Positions 39,616-49,186 of a stretch of DNA of 64,000 bases are shown piece by piece. How positions within the stretch are numbered: position 1 is the first letter of the stretch; the number at the start of each line of letters is the position of its first letter. Below the pieces are notes generated by a model. It saw only the letters and a program-made list of their open reading frames with translations. It did not search any database and was not told the DNA's origin. The DNA lies in the NCBI GenBank assembly GCA_965205855.1, contig OZ242184.1, positions 334,853-398,852 of the forward strand. Reading direction: 5' to 3'. Made by a program: the position numbers and the translations under genes. The DNA comes from Thermodesulfobacteriota bacterium (GTDB lineage Bacteria; Desulfobacterota_D; UBA1144; Nemesobacterales; Mycalebacteriaceae).

Positions 39616-42171
39616 ATGCAGGACTATTCGCGATTTCTCAGCCGTTGTTCAAGTTGGGAGCAGTTTTCGGATTACACAGGCTCCCTGAAAACCGCGAAAG
39701 AGAAGGGCGACCTTTTTGAAAAACTGGTTTGGACATATCTGACAGTCCATCCCGAATACAGGACAAAGCTTTCCAATGTTTGGTTGCTCCGCGATGTTCC
39801 GCAGGCGGTTACCCGCAAGCTCAATCTTCCGTCTGCCGACGAGGGTATAGACCTGATTGCGCAAGCTCGCGGCGGCGGGTTCTGGGCGATACAGGCAAAA
39901 TACAGGTCTGACAAAGACAAAGCGCTGAACACCCGCGACCTTGCGAAGTTTTTGCACCTTTCTTTTACCCATTGTAACGGCATAACCCACGGCGTTATTG
40001 CGCACACGACTTCAAAGCCCGTACGGAAAAAAAATTTGCTTGGTAATGTGGTTGAAATCGGTCTTTCGCGCTGGCAGGAACTCTCGCCCGAAGGGTGGGA
40101 CGCAATCCGCGCGAAGGTGGCGAACAAGGTTCACAATCTCGTGCCGCGCAAACCGAGGAGACATCAGAAGGCGGCAATCGCCAACATACGCAAGCATTAC
40201 GCGGAAGAAAAAAAGCCGAGGGGCAGGATGATTATGCCTTGCGCGTCCGGAAAAAGTCTCACGGCGTTCTGGGCAGCGCAAGCCCTTAAAGCGAAGACGG
40301 TTGTTCTTGCCGTGCCGAGTCTTTTGCTCGTAAAGCAAAGCGTCAAAGACTGGACTCGCGAGTATCTCGCCCATAATGAGACACCGGACTGGCTTTGTGT
40401 TTGCAGCGATGAGACTGTTGGCAAGATAGAGGACAGTTTTGTTTCAAACATATACGAAACGGGGCTTCCGACCACAACGGACGCAAAAGAGATAGCAGAC
40501 TTTCTGAGAAAACGCTCATCTGTGCCGAGGGTGATTTTTACAACCTACCAAAGCAGTCCCCGGCTTGCGGAGGCGGCGCGCAAGTCCGGGCGCGAGATAG
40601 ACCTCTGCATACTGGACGAAGCGCACAAGACAGTCGGGGAAAAAGATTCCGCTTTTGCGACCTTGCTTGACAACAGGAAACTGAAAATCAAAAGGCGGCT
40701 TTTTATGACTGCCACAGAAAGGGTTCTTCACGGAAAAAACGATGAAGTTCTGTCAATGGATGACGAGCGGACTTACGGCGGGTGTTTTTATCAACTCACA
40801 TTCAGGCAAGCGATTGAGGACGGCATTATATGCGATTATAAGATTCTGACTCTTACGATTTTGGACGCGCAGGTACGCGAGATTGTTGAGAGAAACAGAC
40901 TTGTGAAAGACAGATTGCTTGCTCAGCAGACCCGTGAGTCCGCGCCGCTTGCCGCGGGAATTGCGCTCGGCAAGGTGTTCAACGAACACTGCATTAAACA
41001 CGCGGTTTCATTTCACAAAAGCATAAAATCCGCTACCGATTTCAAATCCCAGCAGGAAGACCTTTCAAAGTCTCGCGTTATCAAAACAAAGATTGAGAAC
41101 TTTCATATTTCAAGCAATCTGTCCGCCGGAGAGCGAACGGTTGTGATGCGCGATTTTGAGCAATCCCAAAGGTCTCTTATAACAAACGCCAGATGTTTGA
41201 CCGAAGGGGTTGATGTTCCCGCGATTGATTGTGTTCTTTTTGCAGATCCCAAGCACAGCGTTATTGACATTGTTCAAGCGGCGGGAAGGGCGATGCGTCC
41301 GAAAGAGGGAAAAGAGAGGGGCTACATACTCCTGCCGATTGTTGTGCCGGACGGGATGAGTGTTGAGGAATTTGCGGAAACAACCCCGTTCAAAAAGGTT
41401 GCAAGTCAGATTACCGCGCTGTCCACTCAGGACGAGAGAGTCAAGGAAGAGTTCAGGGCGATTACCGAAGGGAAAAGGCCAAGCGCGCAAGGGCGGCTTT
41501 TTTCAATCAGCGGCGATGTTCCCGCCGGAATGAATATCAGTCTCAAACAGTTTTCCGATGCGATTGAAAGCAAAATTTGGGAAAAGGTTGCCAAAGTTAA
41601 TTGGAGGGTTTTTAAAGAAGCGCGGGATTATGCGCAGTCGTTGAGACTAAAAAGTGCAACGGAATGGCGCGAACACACAAAGTCATCCGATTTTCCGTCA
41701 GATATTCCTGTTGATCCCAACCGAACATACAAAGACAAAGGATGGGTTAATTGGGGAGATTGGCTTGGGACTGGAAATATAGCTAATTTTCTCAAAGAGT
41801 ACCGTTCTTTTAAAGAAGCGCGGGATTATGCGCAGTCGTTGCAACTAAGAAGTAGAACGGAATGGCGCGAACACACAAAGTCATCCGATTTTCCGTCAGG
41901 TATTCCTGTTGATCCCTACCGAACATACAAAGACAAAGGATGGGTTAATTGGGGAGATTGGCTTGGGACTGGAAATATAGCTAATTTTCTCAAAGAGTAC
42001 CGTTCTTTTAAAGAAGCGCGGGATTATGCGCAGTCGTTGAGACTAAAAAGTGCAACGGAATGGCGCGAACACACAAAGTCATCCGATTCTCCGTCAGATA
42101 TTCCTGTTGCTCCCGACCAAATATACAAAGACAAAGGATGGGTTAATTGGGGAGATTGGCTTGGAAAATAA
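39616..42171 (+). CDS. Mrr-like restriction-endonuclease-fold / SF2 DEAH helicase fusion protein with three C-terminal tandem repeats
   Basis: Mrr_cat-like N-terminus (FEKLVWTYL...DEGIDLIA...QAKY). Walker A CASGKS, DEAH (ILDEAH), motif III TAT and motif VI QAAGRAMR. Three 66-aa repeats FKEARDYAQSL...KDKGWVNWGDWLG at the C-terminus. The start is 4 nt after the gyrB stop. Confidence 0.7.
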   Translation: MQDYSRFLSRCSSWEQFSDYTGSLKTAKEKGDLFEKLVWTYLTVHPEYRTKLSNVWLLRDVPQAVTRKLNLPSADEGIDLIAQARGGGFWAIQAKYRSDKDKALNTRDLAKFLHLSFTHCNGITHGVIAHTTSKPVRKKNLLGNVVEIGLSRWQELSPEGWDAIRAKVANKVHNLVPRKPRRHQKAAIANIRKHYAEEKKPRGRMIMPCASGKSLTAFWAAQALKAKTVVLAVPSLLLVKQSVKDWTREYLAHNETPDWLCVCSDETVGKIEDSFVSNIYETGLPTTTDAKEIADFLRKRSSVPRVIFTTYQSSPRLAEAARKSGREIDLCILDEAHKTVGEKDSAFATLLDNRKLKIKRRLFMTATERVLHGKNDEVLSMDDERTYGGCFYQLTFRQAIEDGIICDYKILTLTILDAQVREIVERNRLVKDRLLAQQTRESAPLAAGIALGKVFNEHCIKHAVSFHKSIKSATDFKSQQEDLSKSRVIKTKIENFHISSNLSAGERTVVMRDFEQSQRSLITNARCLTEGVDVPAIDCVLFADPKHSVIDIVQAAGRAMRPKEGKERGYILLPIVVPDGMSVEEFAETTPFKKVASQITALSTQDERVKEEFRAITEGKRPSAQGRLFSISGDVPAGMNISLKQFSDAIESKIWEKVAKVNWRVFKEARDYAQSLRLKSATEWREHTKSSDFPSDIPVDPNRTYKDKGWVNWGDWLGTGNIANFLKEYRSFKEARDYAQSLQLRSRTEWREHTKSSDFPSGIPVDPYRTYKDKGWVNWGDWLGTGNIANFLKEYRSFKEARDYAQSLRLKSATEWREHTKSSDSPSDIPVAPDQIYKDKGWVNWGDWLGK
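41611..42171 (+). repeat. three tandem 198-bp direct repeats (last copy truncated) at about 96% nucleotide identity, inside the CDS
   Basis: Copies start at 41611, 41809 and 42007. Only about 7 mismatches between copies 1 and 2. Confidence 0.9.
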
Positions 42172-42199
42172 GCCGCTTTCAATTTCCGATTGGGGGCTA

Positions 42200-43975
42200 T
42201 CAGATTTTAAATTGGACGCTAATCAATAATCCCACAACCCTTTCCGCCGCTTTCTCAATCTCAACATTCTCCGTCTTATCCGTCAGGCGGTTCTTAACCT
42301 CAACCACTCCGTTTTTGAGTCCTCTCGGTCCCGCGATAATCTGAAACGGAATTCCAATCAGCTCGCAGTCTTTGAATTTTACGCCCGCGCTTTCGTCCCT
42401 GTCGTCAATCAGGGCGTCTATGCCCGCTTCAATGAGTTTTTTATAGATGCCTTCTGCGACCGAAACTGTTTGCTCATTGCCCATGCTTGTTGGAATAACG
42501 GCGACTTCAAAAGGCGCTATGGCGGGCGGAATAACCATTGATTTGCCGTCGTTGTTCTGCTCTATTGCGGCGGCGGCGGTTCTGCCTATTCCTATTCCGT
42601 AACATCCCATTACAAACGGCTTCTCGCTTCCGTCCGAATCGGTGAAAGCAGCCTCCATCGCCTCGCTGTATTTTGTTCCGAGCATAAAAACATGGCCAAC
42701 CTCTATGCCCCTTATTGAAGACAGTTTTCCGCCTTCGCACGACGGGCAGCCGTCCCCGTCCGCTGCGACACGGATGTCAAGAAATGCGTCCGGGGTGAAA
42801 TCCCTTCCTTCGCTCACATTTGTTATGTGCGCGTCTTTTCTGTTAGCGCCCGCAACGGCATTTGTCATTGCGCGAATTGAAATGTCCGCAACTATTTTGA
42901 CTTTCTCCTTCATTCCCACGGGCCCGCTGAAACCCACCGCGCCGCCGCAGACGCGCATAATCTCTTCCGCATTCGCAAGTTCGGCGGTTTCTGTGCCGAG
43001 CGCCTTTTTCAGTTTTGTCAGACTGAGTTCCCCGTCTCCGCGCACAAGAGCGGCAACCGTCCCGTCGTTTGTTGAAATAATCATCGTCTTTATCAAATCG
43101 GACGGACTTACTCCGAGAAATTTTGCGACATCCCCGACCGTTTTCATCCCCGGAGTTTCAACCTCACTGATTTCGCCGGGGTTTGCTCCAGTTTTTTCCG
43201 TCTCCGCTTCCGCTACCCCCGCAAGTTCGAGGTTTGCCGCATAGCCGCACTTTTTACATGTCATCACAACATCCTCGCCCGTGGGAGCGAGAACCATGAA
43301 CTCGTGCGACTCGCTTCCGCCGATGTTTCCCGTGTCCGCAAGCACGACACGAAACTCAAGGCCACAACGTTTGAAAATTCTGTTGTATGCGTCAAACATT
43401 TTTCCGTATGAGATTTTTGCGTTCTCAACAGAGGAGTCAAAGCTGTATGCGTCCTTCATTATAAATTCGCGCGCGCGCATTATGCCGAAACGGGGGCGGA
43501 TTTCATCCCTGAATTTTGTCTGTATCTGATAGAAATTCACGGGAAGGTCTTTGTAGGAACGTAAATCTCTCGCGGCTAGGTCGGTGATTATCTCCTCATG
43601 CGTGGGGCCTATGCAGAAATCCCTGTCCGCTCTGTCGTGCAAACGCAGGAGTTCCTTGCCGTAATGGTCCCACCTGCCGCTTTTTTTCCAGAGCTCGGCG
43701 GGAAGAACGGTCGGAAGAAGCGCCTCAATCGCGCCCGAAGTGTTCATCTCTTCACGGACTATTTTTTCTATTTTTCTCAAAAATCGCAGACCGAGCGGCA
43801 GATAGTCGTATATTCCCGCCGCGACTTTTCTTATCATCCCGGCGCGCGCCATAAGTTTGTGGCTTGCGACTTCAGCGTCCGCGGGGTCGTTCTTGAGAGT
43901 CGGTATGAAATATGAGGAAAATCTCAATTTGTTATGTCCCGCCGGAGAAGAGATGGCATTACAATGCGTATTCAC
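42200..43975 (-). CDS. proS: prolyl-tRNA synthetase (bacterial type with editing domain)
   Basis: Class II motifs, N-terminus LRFSSYFIPTLKNDPADAEVASHKLM. The start may be a non-ATG codon near 43927. Confidence 0.9.
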   Translation of the reverse strand: MNTHCNAISSPAGHNKLRFSSYFIPTLKNDPADAEVASHKLMARAGMIRKVAAGIYDYLPLGLRFLRKIEKIVREEMNTSGAIEALLPTVLPAELWKKSGRWDHYGKELLRLHDRADRDFCIGPTHEEIITDLAARDLRSYKDLPVNFYQIQTKFRDEIRPRFGIMRAREFIMKDAYSFDSSVENAKISYGKMFDAYNRIFKRCGLEFRVVLADTGNIGGSESHEFMVLAPTGEDVVMTCKKCGYAANLELAGVAEAETEKTGANPGEISEVETPGMKTVGDVAKFLGVSPSDLIKTMIISTNDGTVAALVRGDGELSLTKLKKALGTETAELANAEEIMRVCGGAVGFSGPVGMKEKVKIVADISIRAMTNAVAGANRKDAHITNVSEGRDFTPDAFLDIRVAADGDGCPSCEGGKLSSIRGIEVGHVFMLGTKYSEAMEAAFTDSDGSEKPFVMGCYGIGIGRTAAAAIEQNNDGKSMVIPPAIAPFEVAVIPTSMGNEQTVSVAEGIYKKLIEAGIDALIDDRDESAGVKFKDCELIGIPFQIIAGPRGLKNGVVEVKNRLTDKTENVEIEKAAERVVGLLISVQFKI

Positions 43976-45017
43976 GAATCTCTTTTATGAGTTCGTCAAC
44001 AATCCGGGATTCCTTGAAAGAGCGCACAAGTTTGCCGTTTTTGTAAAGTATTCCCTTGCCCCTTCCGCCAGCGATTCCGATGTCCGCATCGCTTGCCTCG
44101 CCGGGTCCGTTAACAGCACAACCGAGAATCGCCACTTTTACGGGTTTGGACAGGCGCATTGTCTTTGTGCGTTTTTCAACATCTTCCACAAGTTTTATCA
44201 AATCTATCTCAAGCCGTCCGCAACCCGGACACGAGATGATTTCAACGCCGCTTTTTCTCATTCCTATTGATTTCAGTATGTCTATGCCGACCGCCACTTC
44301 GCTTACCGGATCGCCCGTGAGAGAGACGCGGATTGTGTCACCGATTCCCTTTGACAGCAGAGCGCCAATTCCGACCGAGGATTTTATCGTTCCCATTGCC
44401 GGGGTTCCCGCTTCAGTAACGCCGAGATGGAGAGGGTATTCGGTCATTTCAGCGATAATTTCATACGCCTCTATCATCCTTAGCACATCGGTTGATTTCA
44501 CCGATATTTTAATGTCGTGAAAGTCAAGGTCTTCAAGGATTTCAACATGCCTCATCGCGCTTTCGGCAAGCGCGGTGCCTGTTGGCGAGCCGTGTTTGCG
44601 CAGGATGTCCTTTTCAAGAGAGCCGGAATTCACTCCTATTCTTATCGGGATTTTTCTCTCCTTGCACGCCGCTACAACTTTCATTATCTTAGTTGTTGAG
44701 CCAATGTTTCCGGGGTTTATTCTCATTGCGTCAACGCCTTGTCCGATGGCGGCAAGGGCGAGTTTGTGGTCAAAATGGATGTCCGAAACAAGCGGTATGT
44801 TTGTCTGGCGTTTTATTTCGCCGAGAGCGTTTGCAGCATCTATGTCCGGAACCGCAAGGCGGACAATGTCGCAACCGGCCTCTTCAAGCCGTTTGATTTC
44901 CTCAACGGTTGAGGAAACATCGCGCGTGTCGGTTTTTGTCATGGACTGAACCGAAACCGGCGAGCCGCCGCCGACCTCTACAGCGCCTATTTTGATTTTT
45001 CTGGAAACTCTCCGCAA
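43959..45017 (-). CDS. ispG: 4-hydroxy-3-methylbut-2-enyl diphosphate synthase
   Basis: IKIGAVEVGGGSPVSVQSMTKTDT N-terminus and a CPGCGR 4Fe-4S motif. Confidence 0.9.
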   Translation of the reverse strand: MRRVSRKIKIGAVEVGGGSPVSVQSMTKTDTRDVSSTVEEIKRLEEAGCDIVRLAVPDIDAANALGEIKRQTNIPLVSDIHFDHKLALAAIGQGVDAMRINPGNIGSTTKIMKVVAACKERKIPIRIGVNSGSLEKDILRKHGSPTGTALAESAMRHVEILEDLDFHDIKISVKSTDVLRMIEAYEIIAEMTEYPLHLGVTEAGTPAMGTIKSSVGIGALLSKGIGDTIRVSLTGDPVSEVAVGIDILKSIGMRKSGVEIISCPGCGRLEIDLIKLVEDVEKRTKTMRLSKPVKVAILGCAVNGPGEASDADIGIAGGRGKGILYKNGKLVRSFKESRIVDELIKEIREYAL

Positions 45018-45075
45018 ACTGCGGACAAAAATAGTTTATGGGGCATGGAGTGTCAAGCGGAAAACTCCCCGTCCG

Positions 45076-45735
45076 TCAGGCGTAGAGGTCATCTCTTGCG
45101 TATTGCGGCGCAAAGGAAAACGCGGTCTCGGTTTTCCCTTCCTTCATTAAACGCAACCCCAGTTTCGCGCATACAGACGCCTTTGAGGGCTGAACTTGGA
45201 ACTTCGGGCACGGAAGGGGGGTTATTGCGCCGGAAAAGAGAGCGCCTTCCTGCAAAACGGCGATGAGCGGGGTTTGCGTGATTTTATCCAGCCGTTTTTG
45301 CAACTCATGCGGTTTTGTAGTCATATCTTCGGACAGCCTTGTCGTTTCTCCTCTCTGTTTTTTAAAAAGAGCCCAGAAAAACATCCCGCTTCTTGCGTCT
45401 ATGGCGCAGCACACCACGCAGTCTGGCGGGCAGTCCGCGCTTGCGGCAAGGATTTCAAGGGACGGAACGGGAGCGATTGGAATGTTGAGCGCGAACGCGA
45501 ATGATTTTGCCACCGCCGCGCCCACCTTGAGAGGGGTGAAGAAACCCGGGCCGGACGAGACGGCTATCAGGCTTATTTCACTCTTTTCAGAGGCGGTTTC
45601 TTTTAGAAGCTTATCCACACAGAGGGGAAGCTCTTCGGCGTTTTTTGTTACGGAGCGTTCGGCGAGTGTTTTCTCTTCGTCCGCAATGGCGACGCTTCCC
45701 CGGTGGGTTGAAGACTCAATGGCAAGAACCTTCAT
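45076..45735 (-). CDS. tsaB: tRNA t6A biosynthesis protein TsaB (YeaZ)
   Basis: MKVLAIESSTHRGSVAIA N-terminus of the inactive Kae1/TsaD paralogue. Confidence 0.8.
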   Translation of the reverse strand: MKVLAIESSTHRGSVAIADEEKTLAERSVTKNAEELPLCVDKLLKETASEKSEISLIAVSSGPGFFTPLKVGAAVAKSFAFALNIPIAPVPSLEILAASADCPPDCVVCCAIDARSGMFFWALFKKQRGETTRLSEDMTTKPHELQKRLDKITQTPLIAVLQEGALFSGAITPLPCPKFQVQPSKASVCAKLGLRLMKEGKTETAFSFAPQYARDDLYA

Positions 45736-45737
45736 TA

Positions 45738-46763
45738 TCAGGAATCTTTGACTCCGGCCTGCGTGAGAATTGCCTTTCGTATCTCGCGCGCGAGCGGAAG
45801 GTTTTCGGCGAGAAACTCAACCGTTTTCTGCCTTCCCTGTCCGAGTTTCTTGTCTCCGTAGGAAAAATACGCGCCCTTTTGCTGGATTATTTTGTATTGT
45901 GTTCCGATGTCGATAATCTCGCCAAATTTGGAAATTCCTTTTCCGTAGACTATCTCCACCTCGGCAGCCCTGAACGGCGGTGCGACCTTGTTTTTCACCA
46001 CGCGCACCCTTGCCTTGATTCCGGTTATTTTGTCGTCCTTATCTTTCATTGAGGAGATTCTTCTCACATCCATTCTTACTGAGGAGTAAAAACGCAAAGC
46101 CGTTCCTCCGGTTGTCGTTTCGGGATTCATATAGGAGGGAACCCCGATTTTTTGCCTTGTCTGGTTTATAAATATGACCGTGGTTCCGGATTTGGAGACG
46201 CTTCCGGTAAGTTTTCTGAGAGCCTGAGACATCAGCCTTGCCTGAAGTCCGACATGAGAATCGCCCATTTCGCCGTCTATTTCCGCTTTCGGAACAAGTG
46301 CGGCGACCGAGTCAATAACCACAAGATCAACCGTGCCGCTTTTTACCAGAGTGTCCACTATTTCAAGCGCCTGTTCGCCGCTGTCGGGTTGCGAAACAAG
46401 CATCTCCCTGAGGTTCACTCCGAGAGCCCTTGTGTAACGCGGGTCAAGCGCATGCTCCGCATCCACAAACGCGGCGATGCCTCCCTTTTTCTGGCACTCG
46501 GCGATGGCGCTTATGGCAATGGTTGTTTTTCCCGAAGACTCCGCGCCGTAAATCTCAATAACCCTTCCTCTCGGCAAACCCCCGACTCCGAGAGCGATGT
46601 TTATCCCTATGGAGCCAGTGGATATAACCTGAATGTCGGACACTTTCCCGTCTGCGCCGAGGGTCATAATTGCTCCCTCTCCGAACTGTTTTTGTATGAG
46701 AGAGATAACCTTGTCCACTGAACTTTTTGTTTCACCGGGTTGGGCTTGTTCTTTTGTCGCCAT
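45738..46763 (-). CDS. recA: recombinase A
   Basis: [16 protein letters not shown] Walker A and a full RecA core. Confidence 0.95.
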   Translation of the reverse strand: MATKEQAQPGETKSSVDKVISLIQKQFGEGAIMTLGADGKVSDIQVISTGSIGINIALGVGGLPRGRVIEIYGAESSGKTTIAISAIAECQKKGGIAAFVDAEHALDPRYTRALGVNLREMLVSQPDSGEQALEIVDTLVKSGTVDLVVIDSVAALVPKAEIDGEMGDSHVGLQARLMSQALRKLTGSVSKSGTTVIFINQTRQKIGVPSYMNPETTTGGTALRFYSSVRMDVRRISSMKDKDDKITGIKARVRVVKNKVAPPFRAAEVEIVYGKGISKFGEIIDIGTQYKIIQQKGAYFSYGDKKLGQGRQKTVEFLAENLPLAREIRKAILTQAGVKDS

Positions 46764-46774
46764 TTTATTACTCC

Positions 46775-47302
46775 TTAAGGTTTCCGGGAAAGGACGCCGA
46801 GCGCCGATCTCCTTATCATATCAAGAGCCCTGGATACCGACTGATTTCTTATACCGGAACGTTTTCCTTTGAGCTCGCACTTGACACAAACCGCATTGTC
46901 CTCGGCTTTGCGGCTGCTCACGGCAATGTAAACAGTTCCGACCGGCTTTTCAAACGACCCTCCGCCGGGTCCCGCTATTCCCGTTATGCTGACCCCGATG
47001 TCTGCGTCGAAGCGCTTTTTTGCGGCGTTTGCCATTGCTATTGCGACCTCTTTGCTCACTGCGCCGTTTTTTTCAATCACCGACGCCGGCACGCCAAGGA
47101 TTGCGGTTTTTGATTCATTTGAGTAAGTAACCGCGCCGCCGTGGAAATAATCCGAACTTCCGGCAACCCCGGTAAGCGCAGAGGCGAGCATTCCTCCCGT
47201 GCAGGATTCCGCCGCCGCGACCGTGAGGTTTTTTTCTCGTAAAGCTGCGGCAACTGTTTCGGCAAGACACGCTCCTTCGCTACTTTTCAACTTATCAGCC
47301 AA
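46775..47302 (-). CDS. CinA C-terminal domain protein / NMN amidohydrolase PncC-like
   Basis: About 175 aa CinA_C domain ([11 protein letters not shown] motif). Confidence 0.75.
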   Translation of the reverse strand: MADKLKSSEGACLAETVAAALREKNLTVAAAESCTGGMLASALTGVAGSSDYFHGGAVTYSNESKTAILGVPASVIEKNGAVSKEVAIAMANAAKKRFDADIGVSITGIAGPGGGSFEKPVGTVYIAVSSRKAEDNAVCVKCELKGKRSGIRNQSVSRALDMIRRSALGVLSRKP

Positions 47303-47765
47303 ATCCCGCGATCTCCAAAGCCCTCACCGCGGCTATGCACAGCCCGGCAAGTAAACCAGCATATACATCGTCCAGCACGATGCCCCAGCCCCCGGAAAGA
47401 TTTTCAATCCGGCGGGAAGGGGGGATTTTCATTATGTCGAAAAGCCTGAAGAGAACAAATCCCGCAATAACTTCACGTGCCTGCCCCGAAGAAAAAAGCA
47501 TTGCGGTGAAAAACCCCGCCGCCTCGTCCATGACTATTTTTTGCGGGTCTTTTTCTCCGAAAGCCCGCGCCGCTCCGTTGCAGATAAAAACGGACGCGCC
47601 CGTGAAAATTACGCAGAAAAGCGCAAACTCGAAAGACCCGAAACTGGCGAGGAAAAAGACGTAAAACAGTGCCGCTCCCGCCGTGCCGAAGGTTCCCGGA
47701 GCAAAAGGGACATATCCAAGCCCGAAAAGCGAGGATAAGATTTTTTTCGCCCGTCCCCTGTTCAG
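47295..47765 (-). CDS. pgpA: phosphatidylglycerophosphatase A
   Basis: The conserved [18 protein letters not shown] motif is encoded in-frame upstream of the first ATG (47531). No ATG/GTG/TTG lies between it and the upstream TGA (47781-47783). The 5' boundary is approximate. Confidence 0.65.
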   Translation of the reverse strand: MNRGRAKKILSSLFGLGYVPFAPGTFGTAGAALFYVFFLASFGSFEFALFCVIFTGASVFICNGAARAFGEKDPQKIVMDEAAGFFTAMLFSSGQAREVIAGFVLFRLFDIMKIPPSRRIENLSGGWGIVLDDVYAGLLAGLCIAAVRALEIAGFG

Positions 47766-48289
47766 TTTGCGTCTCCCGACTCAATTTCCAGAAGTATCTT
47801 TTTCATCTCAACTCCGCCCCCTCCGCTGTATCCGCCCAGCCCTTTGTTTCCGACAACCCTGTGGCACGGAATAAGTATCGGAAAAACATTTGCCGCAAGC
47901 GCCTGAGCAACCGCTCTGCGGTGGTTTTTACCGCCGACTTTCGCGGCTACGGCGGAATAAGTCGCCGTCTTTCCGTAAGGGATTTTTGATATCTCCTTCC
48001 AGACATTCATGCGGAACTCGGACGCTTCCGGAAAGACAAGGGAGGTGCCCGCGTGTCTGCCGTTTCCCTCAACCGCGGACAAAACACTTGAAAGCCCGGA
48101 ATTAAGGTGTCCCAGAACTTCGGGCGGAATTTTCCGCGTGTTTGAGTCCGCGAGGGGTTTCTTTCCAAGCCCGACCGATATGTGGCATAATCCTTCTTTG
48201 CTCGCGTGCACGGTTATAAAAAACCCCTGTTTGACTTCAACTGTTTTGGAGAAAATCGACCGCCGTGTCATTTGAGAAAACCGCTCCAT
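47762..48289 (-). CDS. ogt: methylated-DNA--protein-cysteine methyltransferase
   Basis: Active-site PCHRVV motif and a C-terminal HTH. Confidence 0.8.
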   Translation of the reverse strand: MERFSQMTRRSIFSKTVEVKQGFFITVHASKEGLCHISVGLGKKPLADSNTRKIPPEVLGHLNSGLSSVLSAVEGNGRHAGTSLVFPEASEFRMNVWKEISKIPYGKTATYSAVAAKVGGKNHRRAVAQALAANVFPILIPCHRVVGNKGLGGYSGGGGVEMKKILLEIESGDAN

Positions 48290-48397
48290 AAGACTATAAT
48301 TGCATAATACTCATTGCAAGACTCGTCCCGATTTTTCTGAATTGAAAAGTTTTTGTTACATTCACAATCTACGCCGGAGCTCCGGGGAAAAAGACAA

Positions 48398-49186
48398 ATG
48401 GCAAAGATAGTAGCGGTTGTGAACCAAAAAGGCGGAGTGGGAAAAACAACAACCGCCGTGAACCTTTCCGCAAGCCTCGCATTGCTCGGAAAAAAAACCC
48501 TTCTTGTGGATTTTGACCCCCAGGGCAACTCTTCAAGCGGCGTGGGCGTTGATAAAAACGGCGAGGTGGCAACGGTTTACGATGTTCTTGTCGGCAGGAT
48601 GCCACTTGTCGGTTCGATTCTTGATGTCTATCCGGATTTTTTCGATGGCAGGTTTGACATTCTACCTTCGAATTCGAACCTGACCGGTGCGGAGGTTGAG
48701 TTTCTCGGCCTTGAGGAAAGGGAAACCATACTGAAAAAATCGCTCATGCGTATTGCGCACCGGTATGCGTATATCATCATAGACTGCCCTCCTTCCCTTA
48801 ACATTCTTTCGATAAACGCACTTGCCGCGGCGGACTCGGTGATAATTCCCATACAGTGCGAGTACTATGCACTTGAGGGGCTTGTAAACATAAAAAAAAC
48901 CGTGTCTTTGATACAAAAGCGCATTAACCCGTCTTTGTGTGTCGAGGGGTATCTTTTGACCATGTTTGACACAAGAAACAATATCTGCCACTCTGTCGTC
49001 CGTGAGACAAGAAACCATTTCGGGGATGACACTTTCAGCACTTTGATATCCAGAACAGTCCGTCTCGCGGAGTGCCCGAGCCATGGCAAACCGCTGGTGA
49101 TATATGACAAAAATTCTCAGGGAGCACGGGATTATATATCTCTTGCGGAGGAAATAATCAACAAAAACGGAGGTGTCAAAAAGTGA
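48398..49186 (+). CDS. parA: chromosome partitioning ATPase ParA/Soj
   Basis: Deviant Walker A KGGVGKTT. Start moved to MAKIVAV. Confidence 0.85.
   Translation: MAKIVAVVNQKGGVGKTTTAVNLSASLALLGKKTLLVDFDPQGNSSSGVGVDKNGEVATVYDVLVGRMPLVGSILDVYPDFFDGRFDILPSNSNLTGAEVEFLGLEERETILKKSLMRIAHRYAYIIIDCPPSLNILSINALAAADSVIIPIQCEYYALEGLVNIKKTVSLIQKRINPSLCVEGYLLTMFDTRNNICHSVVRETRNHFGDDTFSTLISRTVRLAECPSHGKPLVIYDKNSQGARDYISLAEEIINKNGGVKK

Noticed and set aside
42642-43244. 200-aa ORF antisense to proS
   Set aside because: Shadow ORF, Ser/Pro/Ala-rich low complexity.
47473-47784. 103-aa minus-strand ORF (MSRETQTEQ...) overlapping pgpA
   Set aside because: It is in a different frame from the conserved PgpA motif, and its product is Arg/Gly-rich with no PgpA similarity. 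The pgpA frame without a canonical start is the real gene.
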